Assembly (NCBI GenBank): GCA_951406725.2
Contig: OX597839.1
Coordinates: forward strand, 14,446,001 to 14,510,000
Length of the DNA: 64,000 nucleotides
From: Octopus vulgaris
Taxonomy: Eukaryota
Direction of reading: 5' to 3'
A model generated the notes under the pieces. That model was not told the DNA's origin and did no database searches. It saw only the letters and a list, made by a program, of their open reading frames with translations. Numbering within the stretch: the stretch's first letter is position 1; each line of letters begins with the position of its first letter. The translations under genes were made by a program, and so were the position numbers. Of the stretch, positions 1 to 11,243 are shown in pieces.

Positions 1-21
1 AGGGATTACTGTATGTGTGTG

Positions 22-70
<49 letters not shown>

Positions 71-73
<3 letters not shown>

Positions 74-2083
74 TATGAAGACAGGGAAAAACCCCGGCCC
101 ATCAGGAATTACTGCAGAGATGCTCAACATATCTGGCAGTATTGGCTATAGCCTAGTCACCGTTTAGTTAACTAGGTGATACACGAAGGAGTCATACCCA
201 ATGACTAGTGTAGCAGCATTAATAGTCAACTGCTACAAAAGTAAAGGTGACGCTTTAGATACAAATAATTACAGAGGTATCAAGCTGTTGGATCAGGTAA
301 TGAAGGTCATGGGGAGGGTCATAACCCAACTAATTGGGGAGAGAGTCAGTTTAGATGAGATGCAGTTTGGGTTCATGCCAGGGAGAAGCACCACTGATAC
401 TATATTTATGGTAAGACAGCTGCAGGAGAAATACCTAGCCAAGGATAAACCTCTGTACATGGCTTTTGTTGACATAGAGAAAGCCTTTGACAGGGTCCCC
501 TGAGGTGGTCAATGAGGAAACTAGGGATAGATGAATGGTTAGTGAGAGCTGTGCAAGCTAGTACAGGGACACTGTCAGTAAGGTGAGTATTGGCAACAAG
601 TTCATTGAAGAATTCCAGGTAGAAGTAGGGGTTCACCAAAGTTCAGTCCTCAGCCTCCTCCTATTTATTATAGTTCCCCAGGCAATAACGGAGGAATTCA
701 AGACAGGATGCTCCTGGAGATCCTCTAATTGCCCAGTCACTATCAGAACTAGAGAAGTTTCAGGTGTGGAAGTAAGGATTAGAATCGTAGGGCCTTAGAG
801 TCAACCTAGCTAAAACCAAAGTTCTAATAGGTAGGAAGGCAGGCAAACCACAAATCCCTTCAGGTAGATGGCCCTGCTTGATCTGTAGAAAAGGCATAGG
901 TAGAAACTCAATAAGATGTACCCAGTGTAGACTATGGACACATAAGAGTGCAGCAATATCAAAGGAAGGCTAACTGAGAAGATAGTTTTTGTATGTGGTA
1001 GATGCTCAGGAGCAATAAACATTGAAAAAAGTGCAGAGAACAACTTCTGCCACATTCCAGGGAGAAAAACTAGAAGTAGTCAATAGCTTCTGTTACCTAG
1101 GCGACCAAGTCAGTAGTCGGGGTGGGTGCACTGAAAGTGTAGCTGCTAGAATAAGAATAGCCTGGGCAAAGTTCAGAGAGCTCTTACTTCTGCTGGTGAC
1201 AAATGGTCTCTCGCTCAGAGTAATAGGCAGTGAAACATGGGCCGTGACTGCTGAGGATATGCGTAAGCTCGCAAGGAATGAAGCCAGTATGCTCCACTGG
1301 ATGTGTAATGTTAGTGTGCATACTCGACAGAGTGTATGTACCTTGAGAGAAAAGTTGTACCTAAGAAGCATCAGATGTAGTGTGCAAGATAGATGACTGC
1401 GCTGGTATGGTCATGTGGTGAGAATCGATGAGGATAGCTGTGTGAAAAAGTACCACACCCTAGCGGTTGAAGGAACCTGTAGAAGAGGTAGATCTAGGAA
1501 GACCTGGGATGAAGTGGTGAAGCATGACCTTCGAATATTGGGCCTCACTGAGGCAATGACTAGCGACCGAGACTTTTGGAAATATGCTGTGCTTGAGAAG
1601 AGCTGGCAAGCCAAATGAGACCATAACCTTATGGCCTATGCCAGGGTTGTAACCAGCCCACTTATGCATACCTTCCCTTCATTGGACACTGATTGCGAAG
1701 ACCTGTTGAGGCAAGTGAAATCGAAATCAAACTCAATGACTGGCATCTGTGCTGGTGGCACGTAAAAAGCATCATTCGAGCGTGATCGTTACCAGTGTCG
1801 CCTTACTGGCACTTGTGCTGGTGTGCAGGTGGCATGTAAAAAAAATCACCATTTGGGCATGGCCGTTGCCAGTACCGCCAGACGCCAGACTGGCCTTCTT
1901 TCTGGTGATACGTAAAAGCACCCACTACACTCTCGGAGTGGTCGGCGTTAGGAAGGGCATCCAGCTATAGAAACTCTGCCAGATCAAGATTGGAGCCTGG
2001 TGCAGCCATCTGTTTCACCAGTCCTCAGTCAAATCGTCCAACCCATGCTAGCATGGAAAGCGGACGTTAAACGATGATGATGA
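71..2083 (+). mobile_element. Degraded 5'-truncated RTE-clade LINE (RT, C-terminal region and 3' UTR ending in (GAT)n)
   Basis: Broken ORFs with RTE-type RT motifs NYRGIKLL, QFGFMPGRST, AFVDIEKAFDRVP, VGVHQSSVLS, FCYLGD and the C-terminal RGRSRKTW. Multiple stops and frameshifts. Paralogous to 33270-35915. Confidence 0.9.
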
Positions 2084-2085
2084 TA

Positions 2086-3352
2086 TCTGGTCATTAAGAA
2101 TGAAATGTCTGATTTTCTTATGCACCAAGTTTGAAAGTCATTAACTTTAATGTTTTTTACTGACAATTCTTTGTTTTACAACATTGAAGATTTACATCAT
2201 CACTTTTCAAAATGCAATTCATGATATCTGATTATATTGTGAGTTTTCTCTTATAAATCAATTTTTGTGAACCCATGGATAGATAAAAAATTTGTGTTGT
2301 TTATGAATATGAGCTCCGTTGTGGGACCAATGCATCCCAGACAGCTTGAAACATCAATGATGTGTTTGGTGAAGATGTGGCAAATGAGCACACTGTACAT
2401 TGATGGTTTGAGAGTCTGCTGACTCTTAAAAATAAGCCCCATGGAAGACTAAGGTGGATAATGATGAGCTGGAAACGGTGGTGGAAACAGATATATCTCA
2501 AACTATACATGAGTTAATAGCAAGGTTTGATGTTTCAATTCCAACTGTATTGGATCATCTGAAACAAATTGGCAAGGTAAAGAAGCTGGACAAGTGGGTA
2601 CCACATGAACTGAACGAGCATCAGATGACACGTCGTCTCAAAACTTGCTGTTCTTTGTTGTCACAGCATAAAAGTGAACCGTTTTTGCATCATATTGTTA
2701 TGTGTGATAAAAAAATGGATTATTTTCAATAATAGCAAGCGTTCTGCATAGTGGTTGGATAGAGACGAAATGCCAAAATACAATCCAAAAAAGAATATTC
2801 ACCGAAAGAAGCTAATGGTGTCTGTTTGCTGGTCCAGCACTGGTGTCATCCATTACTGCTTCATGAGACCTGGCAAGTCAATTACAGCGGATGTATACAT
2901 CAACCAATTGGATGAAATGATGAGTGAACTTGTAATTAAACAACCGCGATTGGTCAATAGAGACAGGCCAATTCTCTTGCAAGACAATGCTTGACCACAT
3001 GTTGCACAAAGAACACTAGTCAGGTTACAGGAACTGAACTTGCAAATACTCTGTCATCCAACATACTCACCAGACCTTGCACCAACTGACTATGATGTTT
3101 TCCAGGCATTAAACAACTTTTTGCAAGAAAAAAACTTCAAATCTGAAGATGACACAAAAACAGCCTTTCATGATTTCATCACCTCTTGCTCGCCAGAATT
3201 CTTCGGTGCCAACATAAATAAGCTACTGATAAAATGGCAAAATTGTGTTGATAATTTAGGTGCATATTTTGATTGACTGCCTTGCATTTTGTTGAGATAA
3301 AGTAAAATAAAATTTCAGTTAAAAATCGGACATTTCATTCTTAATGACCTGG
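2086..3352 (+). mobile_element. Mariner (Tc1/mariner) DNA transposon, full-length, transposase pseudogene
   Basis: ~31-bp TIRs (tctggtcattaagaatgaaatgtctgatttt / aaaatcggacatttcattcttaatgacctgg) flanked by TA. Transposase motifs WVPHEL, LLQDNA, HPTYSPDLAPTDY, interrupted by stops. Confidence 0.93.
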
Positions 3353-4172
3353 TACGCATGCACATACACACACACACACACACATATATCATCCTCCTCC
3401 TCATCATCATTGCTTAACATCTGTTTTCCATGCTGACATGGCTTGGACAGTTGGACATGATCTATCCAGCCAGAGGGCTCCAGATTCAAAATTGTGTGTT
3501 GTGGCATGGATGTCTACTGTCAGATGACTTCAACACCAACCATTTTACAGTGTGCTGGGTACTTCTTATATAGAACCAGCAACATTGGCACAAATGCATT
3601 TTACCTGGCACCAACACATTTAAAGAAGCCTGTATTTATGGATTACAGTGATTTTACTTGACTCAATACTGGAAATAATTTCTTGTGAAATGCATTATGG
3701 AAAGAGGAATTTTTACATCAGTTTTGCTTTTGTGATAAGAAACTAGCCTGGTGTGTACCTTGAGTGTGGTATCTGTGAGTAGAGATTGGTCTTAGATTGT
3801 TGCTAAGGATCCATTATGTTTTGGGTTGTATTATTTTCTATTTATGAAGTTTCAGGTTCACAGGAATTCATATCTGGTAATAATGGCATTATCATCAAGA
3901 TAATGACAACAATTTGAAGGTCCCTTTATGAGTTTACTCGATCTGCTAGAAATAGAAGTCAAATCATAGTACAGTCTCTTTTAAAAAACAACAGAATGTT
4001 CCTGACAGGAAGAGATCTGCTCAGTTTCAGCTGGCTGGAGCTAAACAACAAAAACAATGACAACAACAACAGCAACAACAACAAAACAAAAACAGCAGCA
4101 ACAATAAGATCAACTCATTTGTTTTTAATTCTGATAATATTGTTTTATTTTTATCACAGTTTATGTTGATAG

Positions 4173-4274
4173 TCATGGGTTTTCCCATGGATCAATCTCT
4201 GGTTTACTGCATTTGATGTTGGTGAGAGTCTCAAGGGATCATCTGTAGATTTCAGGCAAGACAAATACCACAAG
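4173..4274 (+). CDS. Possible internal exon of an unidentified plus-strand gene (SWVFPWINLWFTAFDVGESLKGSSVDFRQDKYHK)
   Basis: Pyrimidine-rich acceptor region, AG at 4171-4172, AAG|GTATTT donor, 102-nt open phase-0 frame in non-repetitive sequence. An alternative acceptor at 4159 gives stops. No homology recognised. Confidence 0.35.
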
Positions 4275-4789
4275 GTATTTTGTTCCAAAGCTGTGTTTTT
4301 TTAAAATTTTTCTCACTCTTGTTTATATTTTAATTGTGGTAAAAAAACACACACACACACATGCACTCATGTGAGTACAGGCACATAAACACATATACAA
4401 ACACACACACAGCATGCACATAGTGTGAAGGAGAGAGAGAGAAAGTGAGAAAGGAAATTTGCAAATTTTGACGATAATGAAAAAACACTTTATGTCAGTG
4501 AAAAAGGTTTTATTTACATACTGAACTCTAGTGGTCATTAACCCTTTCATTATCAACCTGGCTGAAAACGTCTCTGGTTCTGTAGTACAAATGTCTTGTT
4601 TTCAAAAGTTCTGAATTAAAATCTTCCTTGGTCACATGTTCCTAACACTAGCTTAATGATAACGATGTTATTTTACTAAATTCTTTGTTATATTTAAAAC
4701 TAACAGAGACACCCATCATTGATTGGGTTGAAAAAAGCTACCAAAATTGTACTATGAATATTGAAATTTGTTCACTTAGATTGTATTAA

Positions 4790-5275
4790 ACTTGAGAGCC
4801 ACTATGAATAGCAGTGGCTTCAAGACAGTGCTCTGTAGAACACTACTCATTATCTGTGTTTTCTTGAAGGTGACCCCATTGACCACCACTACCTAACTTC
4901 TAATTTTTGGAAAGTCATGTAGCAATTCTCCAAGTTTTCTAAATATACAAAGATTTCAGAGCTTGTGACAAATCATACCAAAGTCAATTTTGGGAAAGGC
5001 TTTTGCAAAGTCGAGGTATATCATGTCCACATTTGTTGTGCAGCTGTTTTAGCATCCAGTCGTAATGCTGCAAGATCTGTGTCAGGCAGCTTGTACCTGG
5101 TCAATAACCACGCTGAGTGTCAATCAGCAAGTCATTCTCTTCAAGAAATGCAATTAATTTCCTTCAGATTATTCGTTCCATGACTTTGCTGATGTATGAG
5201 GTCAGAGAGATAGGCATATAGTTTTTAGCATCTACTCTGCCTCCTCCTGTATGGACAGGGCATATTATTCCCTCC
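4790..5275 (-). mobile_element. CR1/L2/Jockey-type LINE RT relic (part left of the Gypsy insertion)
   Basis: Minus-strand translation GIICPVHTGGGRVDAKNYMPISLTSYISKVMERII and downstream DFAKAF-like motif. Continues at 9535-9760 across the Gypsy insertion. Confidence 0.75.
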
Positions 5276-5552
5276 TGTGGTGTGGTGATGAGGGAGTGTG
5301 ACAGAGAGGGAGGGAGCGGAAGTGGGTCTTGCAGGTCTCGCAGGGCGCATGCGCCGGCGGAAGCGGAAGTGAGAGACAGAACGCACGTGCGGCATCGACC
5401 AGGGCAGTCAGACTCGAGAACGACGCCAAGACGACAAGACGCTAGCAAGTTGGCTCAAGGCGAATCCGGCTTCATCTCTGCAGGTAAGACCAAATTACAC
5501 TTCTAATTCTTTTCCTTGTTCTGTTACGCTCCTTTTCACCACACTTATCACA
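5276..5552 (+). repeat. 5' LTR of element A
   Basis: Direct repeat of 9258-9534. One substitution seen (gaatccggc vs gaatctggc). Confidence 0.97.
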
Positions 5553-5605
5553 AGCTATTTTGGCAAAATAATCACTCGGTTTCGTGAAAATAAAAAATAA
5601 AAATT

Positions 5606-6361
5606 ATGCAGACTGCTATGATTTCACGCGACCCTATAAGACCGTTTTGCGGCGACACCGACGTGGTCGCTTGGTTGAGGAGGGTGAAGTTGGTGGCGAA
5701 GCTACACGGCATAGCTGACCTGGCTAGTTTTATGCCGTTGTATTTGGATGGCCCTGCGTTGGCGTTATATCTGGAGATGGAGGAAGCGGACCAATGCAGC
5801 GCGGACAAGGTGGAGATCCGACTTATGGAGGCCTTCGCGGAAGGAATGTTCGAAGCGTACACTCGACTGGGTAGGATGAGGTGGACAGGACAGCAGGTGG
5901 ACGTGTTCGCCGGCGAGCTTAGAAGGTTGGCAAAACTTGCGGGATATGAGGGAGAGTCGCTAGAACGCACGGTCAGGTTAGCGTTCGTGACTGGCTTTCC
6001 CGACATCATGTCGGTCGAGCTACAGAAGCTCCCGAACGTGCGTTCGATGCCGATGGCCGAGATTATATCGCGGGCGCGTGTACTGGTGTCGTGCAGCAGG
6101 TTGACGTCGGTAGCAGCGACTGCAACGTCGAAAAGTGGCCCAGCTAGGAGCAACGGAGAGGGGCTGGGGAAAGAACGCGTGCGGTCGTTTAAGGGACAGT
6201 GTTTCCGGTGCCAGGGCCCACACATGGTCCGTGACTGCGCGTCGCCCAAGCCCGAGGTGATTTGCTACCGGTGCCGAGAGCCGGGGCATGTGGCCAGCCA
6301 GTGTCTGCAGGGAAACGGACCGCGGGAGACTACTGCGCCGGTAGTTGTCCCTTTGGATTAG
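5606..6361 (+). CDS. gag: Gag of element A with two CCHC zinc knuckles (intact)
   Basis: 251-aa ORF containing CFRCQGPHMVRDC and CYRCREPGHVASQC. Confidence 0.92.
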   Translation: MQTAMISRDPIRPFCGDTDVVAWLRRVKLVAKLHGIADLASFMPLYLDGPALALYLEMEEADQCSADKVEIRLMEAFAEGMFEAYTRLGRMRWTGQQVDVFAGELRRLAKLAGYEGESLERTVRLAFVTGFPDIMSVELQKLPNVRSMPMAEIISRARVLVSCSRLTSVAATATSKSGPARSNGEGLGKERVRSFKGQCFRCQGPHMVRDCASPKPEVICYRCREPGHVASQCLQGNGPRETTAPVVVPLD

Positions 6362-6371
6362 TAGTGGCGCA
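6310..6371 (+). promoter_or_regulatory. -1 programmed ribosomal frameshift signal (G GGA AAC + H-type pseudoknot)
   Basis: Heptamer 6310-6316 in the gag frame. Stem GGGAGACTAC/GTAGTTGTCCC. Loop TGCGCC pairs with GGCGCA at 6366-6371. Confidence 0.8.
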
Positions 6372-9222
6372 TTTCTCATCGTTACCTGTGGTCGACATTC
6401 TGGTGAAGGGGAAGATGTCGCGAGCCCTGGTGGACACGGGCTGTACGACGACCCTGATGACCACAGAAGTGGCAGAGACGTGGAGTGGAGGAAGCAGTGT
6501 CAGGGCAGTCGACGGAAGAGAAGTGCACTGCGAAGGGGTTACGGATGCGCAGATCGTGGTGCAGGGACTGCAGCTGACGTTGCGAGCGATTGTGGTCGGT
6601 CACTTGGTGGACGAGATCGACGTGGTGATGGGGATGGATGCGATCACCCGTCTGGGAGGTGTTACCGTCAACGAGGCTGGCGTAACGTTTGGGCTAGCAG
6701 GGAAGCCGTGTAGGGCGACACCACGCACCGACGACAACCGTGAGGAAATGGATGCGGCGCACACCATTGAAGACCAGGATTTTCGGGCTGTCTTTGATGG
6801 CGAGAGGTGGACAGTGGAGTGGCACTGGAAGGGAGAGCCCCCGATGTTAAAGAACAAAGTGGGCTGCTATCAGCATACTCTAAAAGGAGATGCCAGAAGT
6901 GAGTTCGAGGGGGAGGTGGAGCGGTGGATTAAGGAGGGCATACTGATCCCCTGGGAAAAAGAAGAGAGCGGAGTCCTGCCACTGATGGCGGTGATACAGC
7001 CCACAAAGCGTAAGGTCAGGCCAGTGCTCGACTTCCGAGAGCTGAATGACCACGTGTCGTGTCATACAGGCGGCGAGGCCACGGATGTCTGCGGAGACAC
7101 CTTGCGAGAGTGGAGGCAGACGGCGGGGGCCTCCACGATTGTCGATTTAAAGTCGGCATACCTTCAGGTTCATGTGGCTGAGAAACTATGGAGGTACCAG
7201 CTCGTCAGGTATAGGGGCCGGACGTACTGTCTGACCAGGTTGGGATTCGGGCTGAATTCAGCTCCGAAGATTATGGCAACAATTCTCAAGGCCGTCCTAG
7301 GGAAGGTGGACAGAGTAAAAAGGGCCACCAATTCATACATCGACGACATTCTGGTGGATGAAACCGTGATACCAGCAACGGAGGTCATAGGCCACCTGAA
7401 GAGTTTTGGACTGATCGCCAAGCCGCCAGAGGCTATGGAGGGAGGTGCTGCACTGGGCCTCAAGCTATGGAGAGACAAAGCCGGCGCCTTGGTGTTCCGG
7501 CGAGGGAATGAGATCCCTGAACTGGGCGCCAGCATGAGTAGACGGGAGCTGTTCTCTGTGTGTGGGAAGCTGGTGGGACACTACCCGATTGCAGGCTGGC
7601 TCCGGACAGCATGCAGCTTCATCAAGAGATGAGCCGAAGGAGTGAAGTGGAATGATAAAGTGGGGGAGAGGACGATCGACATGATGCAGGAAGTCCTGGT
7701 CAGAGTAAGAGCAGAGGACCCGGTGAGGGGCAGCTGGTACGTTCCCAAATCAAAGAGCGGGATCGTATGGTGTGATGCCAGTAGCATCGCAATAGGGATT
7801 GTCTTGGAAGTGGGAGGTGTCACGGTGTAAGATGCAGCCTGGCTCAGGAAGATGGATGACTGCAGTCACATCAACGTGGCGGAGTTGGAAGCCGTGCTGA
7901 AGGGGGTGAACCTAGCCTTGAAGTGGGGGTTGCACACCATAGAAATCAGGACTGATTCAGCCACTGTACTTGGTTGGGTGACGGCAGTCATCACCGATGA
8001 GCGGAGGGTGCGGACCAAAGGGGCTGCAGAGATGCTGGTAAAGCGTTGATTGGGGATACTGCGTGAACTGACCACTGAGTTCAATCTGAAGCTGAGCGTG
8101 ATCTTTGTGCCTTCCGAGAAGAACAGGGCAGACGTCCTGACCAGGGTTAAGCGAGCCTGGTTGCAAGTGCCAGAGGACGCGAAGCAGGATGTAGCTGCAG
8201 TATGCCATCTGAGCGACTCGGAGTTGCGGAGACTGCACACCATGCATCACATGGGTGTGGACAGGACGTTGTTCCTGGCCAGAAAAGTCGACTCCGACGT
8301 AACAAGACAGAGCGTGCGGAGAGTGGTTAGCAGTTGTGACAGGTGCCAGTCCATCGACCCTGCTCCGGTCGTGCATGAAGCGGGAAGTATTCCAGTGGAC
8401 CAGGACTGGAGACGACTGGCGGTGGACATAACACACTACCGGCAGGGGACATACCTCTCAATGGTTGACTGCGGACCGGGGCGGTTCGCCATATGGAGGG
8501 AGATGAGGTCAGGAACCGCAGAAGAAATTGCGAAAGTGCTGAACGAGATATTCCTGGAACGAGGCCCCGTGGATGAACTGCTTCTGGACAACGGCACTGC
8601 ATTTCGCTCGGAGGCGCTGAGAGAAATGCTTGATGAGTGGAAGGTCAACCGCTTCTTCAGGGCGGCATACCGGCCAAGTGGAAACGGGGTGGTGGAAAGG
8701 CATCATCGTACCATCAAGGCCATGGCTGAGAGGGGTCACATTTCACCAGTCAAGGCCGTGTTTTGGTACAACATGTCGCCCAGATCAGGACAGGCCGAGG
8801 AGTCGGTGCCACACAGGGCAATATTCAGGTACGAGTGGAGGCATCCGTGTACTACATCAATGCGACCCGGGGCAGAGGAAGAGCACGCCTTCGTGCAGGT
8901 CGGGGAGGAAGTCTGGGTGAAACCCCCGAACGCACGGTGTACATCGCAATGGGGAAAGGGGACAATAACCTCCGTAAATTCAAAGAATAACATCTCGGTA
9001 GATGGTATGCCACGCCACGTTTTGGACATACGGAGGATTGTCCATGCCCCGGAGGATGGGACAAGCAACAGTGGGCAAGACGATAACAACAGACAGGATG
9101 ACGAGGTCGGCAGCAACACGCCAGAAACAAGTCCTAGGGTCGCACTGCGACCACAGAGGGAGCGGCACCCTCCTCCCTGGTTGGCTGACTACGAAACCAG
9201 TTTCAGGTGCGGGAGCGAGTGA
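6310..9222 (+). pseudogene. pol: Pol of element A (protease, RT, RNase H, integrase), -1 frame to gag, three in-frame nonsense codons
   Basis: Motifs ALVDTGC, RPVLDFRELN, YIDDIL, WCDASS, RTDS, HHCC zinc finger and D-D-E (AVDITH/LDNG/VERHH). Stops at 7630, 7828 and 8047 in one frame. Confidence 0.92.
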
Positions 9223-9257
9223 GGAAGCCGGTTCAGTGATCTATAGATCAGGGGGCG

Positions 9258-9534
9258 TGTGGTGTGGTGATGAGGGAGTGTGACAGAGAGGGAGGGAGCG
9301 GAAGTGGGTCTTGCAGGTCTCGCAGGGCGCATGCGCCGGCGGAAGCGGAAGTGAGAGACAGAACGCACGTGCGGCATCGACCAGGGCAGTCAGACTCGAG
9401 AACGACGCCAAGACGACAAGACGCTAGCAAGTTGGCTCAAGGCGAATCTGGCTTCATCTCTGCAGGTAAGACCAAATTACACTTCTAATTCTTTTCCTTG
9501 TTCTGTTACGCTCCTTTTCACCACACTTATCACA
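9258..9534 (+). repeat. 3' LTR of element A
   Basis: Direct repeat of 5276-5552. Confidence 0.97.
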
Positions 9535-9879
9535 CCTCCTTTAGTTTGTCCAGGAGCTTACCATTTGTGAGGAAGCTATGAAAAAGTATCTGCAATGGTT
9601 TTGTAAGGACTCATTTGCCTGACTTGAGGAGGGTTGCTAGGAATCCATCAGGGTCAGCAGCTGAGTTTGCGTTATATCCTTTTCTTCGATGTTGATGTAA
9701 TCAATTCTTACTTCCCCCCATTCAGCTTCTGTAGCAGTAAAGAATTGTATAGGTTTGTGCATATAAACTTCTGATCTATGGTCTTTAGTATTTCAGTCTT
9801 CAAATTTATTATTCAGTCTGCAAATTTTAGTTTGTTGGTCCCATTCCTTTTAGACAATGTTTCAGGTTTTACCAGTAGG

Positions 9880-10430
9880 GGTGAAAATGAAAAGATTGTC
9901 CTGGTCCTCATCCAGGAGCCCCAAAATATACCTGACTGTGCAAAAAAACAGTCCTCCTCTAATTACAAAGCAGTAACTTTTAAAGTCTGATGTTGAGACT
10001 TATTAATAGACATTGCAAAAGACAGACGTATTTGAAATTGAAATCGTTTGAATTGGAATGGAATATTAGAAGGTGTCAAAGGTAAGCAAGGAATAAAAGC
10101 ATCTTTGCCTTTTCCACAGACAGAAATTATTGTGGCTTCTATGACATTTCTTGTTAATTTCTTTACAAAAAATCTTGTGCCATTGCACATCTTTGGTTGA
10201 GAAAATTTTTTTTACAGAGGTATGATTGGAGTGCCTATTTTCAATCGAAGGCAATGAGGAGGTGCTCCTTGTGGCTCCAGTAAGTTTAAGAAGCCGATGG
10301 GGCAATTGACAATTTCTGAGTCATCAACAACAGAGTTTATAGGTTTTTAAGTATGTTCATTTCCTGGTAAAACCTTTTCGAGTCTTTCATTTAAATTATT
10401 CACAGTAATGTTCTTTGGGGGCCGAAGTTT
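9880..10430 (-). mobile_element. Helitron RepHel PIF1-helicase C-terminal relic
   Basis: CNGTR...NVIEATI...GKGKDAFIP...PFQFKRFQFQIRLSFAMSINKSQ.QTL is the typical Helitron helicase motif region. Degraded. Confidence 0.85.
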
Positions 10431-10665
10431 TATTTAGATACTTCCTTGTAAACTGTTTTTAACATTTTCTTATTATTATCAAAGAATGTATATTCGTATT
10501 TTAAAACTTTTGTGACAACCAGTACTTAACACAACAAAGCTTATACAAAGCTTTACATTTTACTTTTGACAATCTTTTTCTAAAAAAGTGAAACCGGTCA
10601 AGTGAATAAACATCGTTAAAATTGCATTTTCAAACCTTCTTTCATATATATTTCCACTCGTGCGT

Positions 10666-10707
<42 letters not shown>

Positions 10708-10709
<2 letters not shown>

Positions 10710-11075
10710 TCATCATCATCATCATCATCATTTAACGTCTGCTTTCCATGCTAGCATGGGTTGGACAACTTGACTGAGTACTGGTGGACCAGATGGCTTT
10801 GCCAGGCTCCAATTTGATCTGGCAGAGTTTCTACAGCTGGATGCCCTTCCTATCACCAACCACTCCGAGAGTGTAGTGGGTGCTTTTACATGCTACCGGC
10901 ACGAGGGCCAGTCTGGTGCTACTGGCAACAGCCACCCTCGAAATGGTGTTTTTTATGTGCCACCTGCTCAGGAGTCAGTCTGGCAGCACTGGCAACGTCC
11001 TCACTCAAATGTTTTGTTCACGTGCCACCAGTACAAGTGCCAGTAACGTGATGCTGGTAATGATCACGCTCAAAT
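10708..11075 (-). mobile_element. RTE 3'-end / RTE-tailed short element
   Basis: Reverse complement of the RTE 3' UTR at ~1750-2083, including the (GAT)n tail. Confidence 0.75.
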
Positions 11076-11198
11076 GCATGCGTATGTATAAGCATGAATG
11101 TCACAGAGTATGGAAAAAATTACATATTTATGTAATATATTCAATATATTACATATAATAGTATATATATGTGTGTGTGTGTTTATGTATGTATGTAT

Positions 11199-11239
<41 letters not shown>

Positions 11240-11243
<4 letters not shown>

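Larger units (their letters stand above)
5276..9534 (+). mobile_element. Full-length Ty3/Gypsy LTR retrotransposon A (4259 bp)
   Basis: 277-bp LTRs TG...CA at 5276-5552 and 9258-9534, 5-bp TSD CCTCC (5271-5275, 9535-9539), PPT-like agatcagggggcg before the 3' LTR, and gag followed by PR-RT-RH-IN. Confidence 0.97.

Noticed and set aside
5282-5506. 74-aa ORF within LTR A (repeated at 9264-9488)
   Set aside because: Repeated only because of the LTR duplication. No counterpart in LTR B.
5572-6249. 225-aa antisense ORF and other overlapping ORFs inside the Gypsy elements
   Set aside because: Shadow ORFs of GC-rich coding sequence, with no motifs and not conserved between elements A and B.
7630-8049. 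Selenocysteine or readthrough interpretation of the pol TGA codons
   Set aside because: They align to Arg positions, and a TAA is also present, consistent with nonsense mutations.
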